A stretch of 64,000 nt of DNA from an uncultured Poribacteria bacterium (GTDB lineage: Bacteria > Poribacteria > WGA-4E > WGA-3G): NCBI GenBank assembly GCA_958296135.2, contig CATQHZ020000001.1:2880001-2944000 (forward strand). Reading direction: 5' to 3'. Below the pieces are notes generated by a model, which saw only the letters and a list, made by a program, of their open reading frames with translations, had not been told where the DNA came from and made no database searches. This document shows, piece after piece, positions 57,520 to 64,000 of the stretch; position 1 is the stretch's first letter, and every line of letters begins with the position of its first letter. Both the position numbers and the translations under genes were made by a program.

Positions 57520-58292
57520 TTAAAAGGCCCCTCGTCCGTAGGGCGCGGTCCTGTGCCGCGCCGTGCATGGCGCGAACGATCTCTGGCGCGATGGTAAAAA
57601 GGGGCCTTTCTTGTCGCGTGGACGATCGCGGCGGACAGGCCGCCGCGCTACGGTGAAAAGGGGCCGTCGGTGAAAATGCGCCTTAGTCCGTCGAGGTCCT
57701 GTGCCGCGCCATGCCTCGGGCTGTCAAGGGGCTTCGCGAGGAACAGGTTTTCCCGCGCGCGATAGTGAAAGGCTGCGGGTTCGTGTGGATCGAACGATCG
57801 CGGCGGACAGGCCGCCGCGCTACGGTGAAAAGGGGCCGCCGGTGAAAATGCGCCTGGGTCCGTAGGGCGCGGTCCTGTGCCGCGCCGTGCGGCGGTCTGC
57901 ACAGAAGATGGCCGAAGCCCCGGGGCTTCGGGCGTTTTTGGTGTGGGTCGAGAGATCGCGAGGGACAGGCCCTCGCGCTACGGTGAAAAGGGGCCGTCGG
58001 TGAAAAAGCCCCTTCGTCCGTAGGGCGGGGTCCTGTGCCGCGCCATGCATCGGGCTGTCAAGGGGCTTCGCGAGGGAAACCCTCGGCGATTAGTGATCGC
58101 CGGGCCCTCGCGCTACGGTGAAAAGGGGCCGTCGGTGAAAAAGCCCCTTCGTCCGTAGGGCGCGGTCCTGTGCTGCGCCATGCCGCGGTCTATCAAAAGA
58201 TCGCGAGGCACAGGACCTCGCGCTACGGTACAAGGAGCGGTTCTTTGCGCTGCCGTGCTCGATGCATGGCGAGCGGAACCCTCACCCTACGG
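57520..58292. repeat. REP array
   Basis: Same families as 52521-53525 plus the covariant CGCGGCGGACAGGCCGCCGCG hairpin. Confidence 0.9.
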
Positions 58293-58306
58293 GAACGCGG
58301 ACACGC

Positions 58307-58335
58307 TTGCAATGAATTCCAAATGTGGGTATAAT
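58307..58335 (+). promoter_or_regulatory. sigma70-type promoter of the HAD gene
   Basis: TTGCAA-17 nt-TATAAT. Confidence 0.7.
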
Positions 58336-58376
58336 GTGCACACGTTATGAATTTTCTCCACGAAGGATGAAAAACG

Positions 58377-59090
58377 ATGACTGACTTTTCTGGCACTAAA
58401 GCCCTTACCTTTGACCTGTTTGGCACCATTCTCGATCTTGGTGGGAGTCTGATGCCCTTCATTGCGGAATCGCTGGAAGAACGCGGCGCTGAGGTATCGG
58501 CAGATAGTTTTTGGGAGCAGTGGCGATACCGACAACGCATTGAACAGTATCAAGATACGATGACGATGCTGGGACATAGCGGCTATCTGGAGACGGTTCG
58601 GCGCGCGTTGCACTACACTTTGCGCCGCAACGGCATCGATGCCGCTGATGAGACATTAGCAGCGTTTATGGCGGCATGGGAATACCTCTCGCCGTTTCCA
58701 GAGGTGCTGTCGGCACTGGGATGTCTGCAGGCCGACTATCGGTTGGTGGTGCTATCCAACGGCGACCCGGGTTTTTTAGACACCCTCGTTACCGAGCGCG
58801 TCAATTGGGATTTTGACGATGTGATTTCGGTGACAGGTTTTGGGGCGTTCAAACCGCATCCGGCAGTCTACCGTGGGGCGGCGGGAGTATTGGGGCTTGA
58901 GGTGAACGAGTGTCTCATGGTATCGGCGAATTCGTTTGACATTATGGGTGCGCGGGCGTGCGGGTATCGCGGCGCGTTTGTCAATCGCTACAAGTTGCCG
59001 TATGAGGATACGCCTTATCAACCGGATGTGACGGTGGGCGATTTTACGGAATTGGCGGCGGCGTTGGAGAAGAGTGAGTCTGGTTCGTAG
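58377..59090 (+). CDS. Haloacid dehalogenase type II (HAD-like hydrolase)
   Basis: FDLFGT, LSNG, FKPHPAVY, VSANSFDIMGA. Confidence 0.9.
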   Translation: MTDFSGTKALTFDLFGTILDLGGSLMPFIAESLEERGAEVSADSFWEQWRYRQRIEQYQDTMTMLGHSGYLETVRRALHYTLRRNGIDAADETLAAFMAAWEYLSPFPEVLSALGCLQADYRLVVLSNGDPGFLDTLVTERVNWDFDDVISVTGFGAFKPHPAVYRGAAGVLGLEVNECLMVSANSFDIMGARACGYRGAFVNRYKLPYEDTPYQPDVTVGDFTELAAALEKSESGS

Positions 59091-59192
59091 TGGGAAAGCG
59101 CGCGGGCGGGTGCATCGGGACAAGGATGTCCCTCCTACCCGGATGCATCGCTCGCGTTGGACAGGGCCCCGCGAGCGATGGGGCCGCGGTGG

Positions 59193-61526
59193 TTATTTTC
59201 GGATGAGCATTTTCCTTGTGGCGGTGAACTGCCCTGCAGCGAGGGTGTAGAAATACATGCCACTCGCGACCGGTTCCCCGCCTTCATTTTTTCCATCCCA
59301 ATAGGCGGCTTGGTGCTGCAGCCGATAGCTGCCCGCGTGCTGATATCCGAGTGCGAGTGTGCGGATGCATTGCCCTGTTGGTGCGTAGATTCGCACAGTC
59401 ACGGTTGCGGGTTCAGCCAATTGATAAGGTATCCACGTTTCTGGGTTGAACGGATTGGGATAGTTGGGCAGGAGTGCAGTCTCTTTAATCTTCTCAGAAT
59501 CAATCGGCGACGCTGCCGTTGTAGGAGGAGCGGCGGTTATTGCGAGTGGCTCTTGCAAGTGGTGTGATACATCCCACAAGAACATCGTGCCATCGTAACT
59601 TCCACTGGCGAGCGTGCGTCCGTCGGGAGAATAGACTAACTCAGAAATATCGTCCGTGTGCCCTGTGAATGTCTGGACATTTTGTCCGGTGTCCAGTTCC
59701 CACAAGCGGATGGTTTTGTCGCGACTCCCACTGGCGAGCATGCGCCCGTCGGGCGAGTAGGCTACCGCGGACACATAATGCCTATGCTCTGTGAAGTCGT
59801 GCCGGATTTCTCCGGTTTGCGCGTCCCAGATGCGAACGCCGTCCCAGCCACCGCCGGCAAGTGTGCTGCCATCCGGCGAGTATGCACTTGCTGATAGCCA
59901 TGCATCCCATCTAAAAATGTATTTGAGCGTGCCGCTCTTGAGATGCCAGGTGACGATTTCTTCTGGTTTGCTACCAACAAGTGTGCTGCTATCCGGCGAA
60001 TACTCGAGGCCTCCTGCCCACTCTGTAGGCACAGCGAGCGTCTGCAGGAGCTGCTGCGTTTCGACATCCCACACGCGAATTTCTTCACTATTTCCGCTTG
60101 CCAATGTTCTACCATCAGGAGAATAGGCTAAGGAGAAAACATATCTGGTGTGCGCGAGGAGGGTTTGTTGCAGGAACTGCCCTGTTTCAATGTCCCAGAA
60201 CCTCAGCGCGCCATCCTTATTACCACTTGCAAGCGTTCGTCCATCGGGGGAATAATGAAAAAAAGTGACATGCTGCGTGGGCCCGGCGAGGGTGTGCAGG
60301 CGTTGTCCCGTTTCAGCGTCCCAGACGCGAATGGGGCCGTTCCAATACTCCCGCGTCACAAGTGTGTTACTCTCCGGAGAATACGCCAACAGTTCCAATT
60401 CACCCGTTAGCGTTTTTTTATGCTTGGCCGTGGTGGCGTTCCACAAATTCACCCTCTTCCAACTCGCGCTAACAAGTGTGCCGCCATCAGCAGAATAAGT
60501 TAACACAAAAATTCGCCCGGTATGCCGCGTGAAGATGCCTTTATATTGCCGAGTGTCAGCGTCCCAGAAGTGAATCTCTGTTTGACTTGCACCGGCAAGC
60601 GTGCTTCCGTCGGGCGAATACGTTAACGAAGTGACACGTCCTTCGTGCTCGGTGAGCGTATCTATGTGTTCGCCGGTGTCAGTGTTCCACAAGCGAATTT
60701 CCTTCCAGCCTGCGTTGGCGAGTGTGTTGCTTTTGGGAGAATACGCTAACGGATAAACGCCCCGGTTCTCTTCCGCTGTAAGCACTTGCTTGTGTTCCCC
60801 TGTGTGAGCATCCCACAAGCGGATGGTATTATCCCAACCGGCACTAGCGAGCGTGCTGCCATCGGGAGAATACGCTAACGAAGGAATAGGTGCCTCATGT
60901 TCGGTGAGCGTTCGTAAGGGCTGCCCAGTCTTTGCGTCCCACAAACGGATAGTGTATTCAGGGTACTCCCCGCCTGAAGCAAGCGTCTGTCCATCAGGAG
61001 AGTAGACAAGCACTTCAACGTCCTGTTTATATGCCTTGATGGTTTGCATCAGTTGGCCAGAGGCCGCATCCCACAAACGAATCTGGCCAGACTGAGCTCC
61101 GCTCGCAAGCGTATCACCGTCGGGTGAATAGACTAATGTCGTGACACCTCCGCCGCTGCCGGCGAGTGTCTGTTTGTGTTCCCCTGTGTGTGCATCCCAC
61201 AAGCGGATAGTGTTATCCAGACTCCCGCTGGCAAGCGTGTTCCCATCAGGAGCATACGCGAGTGCAAGGAGTTCCCAGGTGTGCCCTATGAGCAGGTTGA
61301 TTGCTGTCTTAGTGGCCACGTCGTATATCCAGACTCCGTGACTACTTGCGACAGCTAACCGCGTGCCATCGGGGGAAAATTCGATGTCGTTAATGCGCCC
61401 TTTGCCCATGCGCGCAATGGCTCCTTCGGGCAAGTGCCATTGCGGGGTATGCTGCGCGAAGGTATGGGGTAGAAAGCAAACTGTGGCGACAAGGAGCGTT
61501 AACATCAAAAAGCGTTCCGTTTTCAT
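59193..61526 (-). CDS. Secreted WD40-repeat protein with T9SS/FlgD-like C-terminal domain
   Basis: Signal peptide, QWHLPEGA, YSPDG repeats, LLPNYPNPFNPETWIPYQL..ASGMYFYTL..TRKMLIRK. Confidence 0.92.
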   Translation of the reverse strand: MKTERFLMLTLLVATVCFLPHTFAQHTPQWHLPEGAIARMGKGRINDIEFSPDGTRLAVASSHGVWIYDVATKTAINLLIGHTWELLALAYAPDGNTLASGSLDNTIRLWDAHTGEHKQTLAGSGGGVTTLVYSPDGDTLASGAQSGQIRLWDAASGQLMQTIKAYKQDVEVLVYSPDGQTLASGGEYPEYTIRLWDAKTGQPLRTLTEHEAPIPSLAYSPDGSTLASAGWDNTIRLWDAHTGEHKQVLTAEENRGVYPLAYSPKSNTLANAGWKEIRLWNTDTGEHIDTLTEHEGRVTSLTYSPDGSTLAGASQTEIHFWDADTRQYKGIFTRHTGRIFVLTYSADGGTLVSASWKRVNLWNATTAKHKKTLTGELELLAYSPESNTLVTREYWNGPIRVWDAETGQRLHTLAGPTQHVTFFHYSPDGRTLASGNKDGALRFWDIETGQFLQQTLLAHTRYVFSLAYSPDGRTLASGNSEEIRVWDVETQQLLQTLAVPTEWAGGLEYSPDSSTLVGSKPEEIVTWHLKSGTLKYIFRWDAWLSASAYSPDGSTLAGGGWDGVRIWDAQTGEIRHDFTEHRHYVSAVAYSPDGRMLASGSRDKTIRLWELDTGQNVQTFTGHTDDISELVYSPDGRTLASGSYDGTMFLWDVSHHLQEPLAITAAPPTTAASPIDSEKIKETALLPNYPNPFNPETWIPYQLAEPATVTVRIYAPTGQCIRTLALGYQHAGSYRLQHQAAYWDGKNEGGEPVASGMYFYTLAAGQFTATRKMLIRK

Positions 61527-61690
61527 GGTTGTGTCCTCCTAAGACCCAATTCACCTCTTTAGTTCGGGAGTGCCCTGCTTCGCAGGAAACCCGAACAGGT
61601 CAAACTCTGGCGGGCTGGTTTCCCTACAGTGGTTGGGGGCCGCGAACGCTCGCGGGGGACAGGGCCCCGCGAGCGATGGGGCCGCGGTGG

Positions 61691-63940
61691 TTATTTTCGG
61701 ATGAGCATTTTCCTTGTGGCGGTGAACTGTCCTGCGGCGAGGGTGTAGAAATACATGCCACTCGCGACCGGTTCACCGCTTTCATTCTTTCCATCCCAAT
61801 AGGCGGCTCGTTGCTGCTGCCGATAGCTGCCCGCGTGCTGATATCCGAGTGCGAGTGTGCGGATGCATTGCCCTGTTGGTGCGTAGATTCGCACAGTCAC
61901 GGTTGCGGGTTGAGCCAATTGATAAGGTATCCACGTTTCCGGGTTGAACGGATTGGGATAGTTGGGCAGGAGTGCAGTCTTTTCCGGCTTGAATGCCGCT
62001 CTGAGCGGGAGGGCATCTAATACAGGTGACGGTGCTGCTTGCAAGTGGGCTGACACATCCCACAGTAGCACGGTGTCTTGGGAGTCCGCACTGGCGAGAA
62101 CTAGCCCATCAGGCCGAAAACTGAGTGCGTCCACAGCCCCGTTCTGCTTGAGGAAAGAACCGATGCGCGTGCGTGTCTGTGTATCCCATAAAATCACTGT
62201 GCCTTCGTCGCTTCCACTGGCGAGGATGCGGCCGTCCGGACTGAAAGCAAGGCTTGAGACAGTTCCTGTATGTCCCCGGAGTTCTGCCTTGAGGGTGCCT
62301 GTGCGAACATTCCACAGCAGCACCTTTTCCAGACTCCCACTGGCGAGGGTTTCGCCGTTAGGGTTGAAGGCGATGCTGGGGATTCCCCTCCCCCGTGCGT
62401 GCCCTGTGAGGGTGGCTTTGTGATTCCCAGTGTCAGCATCCCACAAGCGCACGGTATTTTTATTTGTCCCTGCGAGCGTCTTGCTGTCTGGACTGAAGGC
62501 AAGACTCAAAAACCGGTCTGCCTGCACAAGGAGCGTGCGTTTGTGGTGGCCTTCTCTTGCGTTCCACAGGCATATTTTGTTGTGACTCGCGCTGGCGAGC
62601 GTCTTTCCATCAGGACTGAAGTCGAGCCTTAACACGTCGCGCGTGTGGCCTGTGAGGATGTTTTTGAGGTGTCCGGTTTCCACGTTCCACAAGCGCACGG
62701 AGGAGTCATTGAGACTCCCGCCGCCGCTGGCAACCGTCAGTCCATCTGGGCTGAAAGCGATGGCTGAAATACTGCCGGGGTGCCCGGCGAGGGTGGATTT
62801 AAGTTCACCCGTGCGCGTATCCCACAATCGGACTCTCTTGTCATACCCGCCACTAGCAATGGTTCGCCAGTCGGGACTGAAGGCAAGTCCATCGCTATCA
62901 AGTGCGTGGGCTTCAAGGATTGTTTTCTGTTGTCCGGTGACGGTATCCCACAGATGCAAGGTGCTGCTCCAAAGGACACTTGCCAGTGTGCGTCCATCGG
63001 CATTGAAGGCGATGCTCATCACGCCCTGTGGATGGCCGAGGGTGGCTCTGTAGCTGCGGGTGTGAACATCCCACAGGCAGACGGTGCCATCCGAGCTTGC
63101 ACTTGCAAGGGTGCGTTCATCAGCACTGAAGGCGAGCGCGTTGACGCTGCGCGTATGTCCGGTGAAGAGGGCGACTTGCTCACCGGTGGTAGTGTCCCAT
63201 AGCCGCACCGTGTTGTCAAATCCTCCACTTGCAAGCAGGTGCCCATCCATGCTGAAGGCGACTGAATCGACGCTTCTTGTGTGGCCAGTAAGCCTTAAGA
63301 TAACGTGCCCCGTGACAGCATCCCGCAGGCGGATGGTGTTGTCCTTCCACCCGTTACTGGCAAAGGTTTTCCCATCCGGACTAAAGGCGATGCTTGAGAC
63401 ATCGTCGGTGTATCCGGAGAACGTCGCCTTATGTTCGCCGGTGATAGCATCCCACGCCCGCACGGTGTCGTCGTATCCGCCAGCACTGACGAGGGTGTGT
63501 CCATCGGGACTGAAGACAAAACTTTCGGGCCGGCGTGTATGCCCGATAAGTGTCGCTTTCTTCTCGCCTGTGAAACTATCGAACATCAGCAGTGTGTTTT
63601 CTTCCCCTGCACTGACGAGCGTTTTCCCGTATGGACTGAACGCACTCCCGTGGTGCCCGCCGGTAAACAGATTCAGTGCTTTGAGCGTGCGCGCGTCGTA
63701 TATCCAAATCCCGATGGTGGAAGGAACAGCAAGTCGAGTGCCATCGGGTGAGAAGGTGACGTTACCAGATATCCATCCTCTCCCAATGCGAGTTGTGGCA
63801 CCTTCGGGTAAATGCCACTGCGCGGCATTTACCGCAAAAAGGGGTGAGCCGCTCAGGAGACTGATGATGAACATTATCGCTATGAGGCATCTCACGGTGT
63901 GCGTAGCGGAAGAGTGCCTTTTCAACTGTAAGGTTTTCAT
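61691..63940 (-). CDS. Secreted WD40-repeat protein with T9SS/FlgD-like C-terminal domain
   Basis: As above with FSPDG repeats; ATG 63940 has a GGAGG RBS (63955 and 63961 are alternatives). Confidence 0.92.
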   Translation of the reverse strand: MKTLQLKRHSSATHTVRCLIAIMFIISLLSGSPLFAVNAAQWHLPEGATTRIGRGWISGNVTFSPDGTRLAVPSTIGIWIYDARTLKALNLFTGGHHGSAFSPYGKTLVSAGEENTLLMFDSFTGEKKATLIGHTRRPESFVFSPDGHTLVSAGGYDDTVRAWDAITGEHKATFSGYTDDVSSIAFSPDGKTFASNGWKDNTIRLRDAVTGHVILRLTGHTRSVDSVAFSMDGHLLASGGFDNTVRLWDTTTGEQVALFTGHTRSVNALAFSADERTLASASSDGTVCLWDVHTRSYRATLGHPQGVMSIAFNADGRTLASVLWSSTLHLWDTVTGQQKTILEAHALDSDGLAFSPDWRTIASGGYDKRVRLWDTRTGELKSTLAGHPGSISAIAFSPDGLTVASGGGSLNDSSVRLWNVETGHLKNILTGHTRDVLRLDFSPDGKTLASASHNKICLWNAREGHHKRTLLVQADRFLSLAFSPDSKTLAGTNKNTVRLWDADTGNHKATLTGHARGRGIPSIAFNPNGETLASGSLEKVLLWNVRTGTLKAELRGHTGTVSSLAFSPDGRILASGSDEGTVILWDTQTRTRIGSFLKQNGAVDALSFRPDGLVLASADSQDTVLLWDVSAHLQAAPSPVLDALPLRAAFKPEKTALLPNYPNPFNPETWIPYQLAQPATVTVRIYAPTGQCIRTLALGYQHAGSYRQQQRAAYWDGKNESGEPVASGMYFYTLAAGQFTATRKMLIRK

Positions 63941-64000
63941 CGGTTTGTCCTCCATAGTCATTCAGTTATCGGTGATTGCGGGGGACGGGCCCCCGCGCTA

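Noticed and set aside
59193-63940. Diversity-generating retroelement acting on the WD40 genes
   Set aside because: The duplicated segment is the conserved tail, both copies are coding, differences are not confined to adenines and no reverse transcriptase is present

Overview
Bacterial chromosomal window, mostly minus-strand genes. The gene content (four secreted WD40 beta-propeller paralogues with a shared QWHLPEGA N-terminus, NYPNPFNPETWIPY-type C-terminal tails, a lamin-tail-domain surface protein, a gingipain-like C25 peptidase, orphan microcompartment vertex genes, sulfotransferase) suggests Candidatus Poribacteria; this is inference, not a database result. Housekeeping genes: BamA/TamA-family protein, ABC transporter, ndk, hisH, ribD-ribE-ribBA-ribH, hemW, thrC, several oxidoreductases. 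Accessory or defence-like loci sit singly between them: an orphan TIGR02710-like CARF-HEPN gene, an ABC/AAA ATPase plus DUF4276 pair, a fused nuclease-methyltransferase R-M gene, a toxin-less antitoxin and a two-gene ParB/truncated-ParB module. The window is saturated with GTAG-type REP palindromes in several covarying families, both as long intergenic arrays and as in-frame insertions in at least five genes, including a 6x48-bp array in the DHp domain of a histidine kinase. The rib operon also carries a ~410-bp non-coding element with IS607-like end repeats, TnpB omegaRNA-like motifs and an extra structured domain. No CRISPR array, cas core gene, rRNA, tRNA or transposase gene was recognised.
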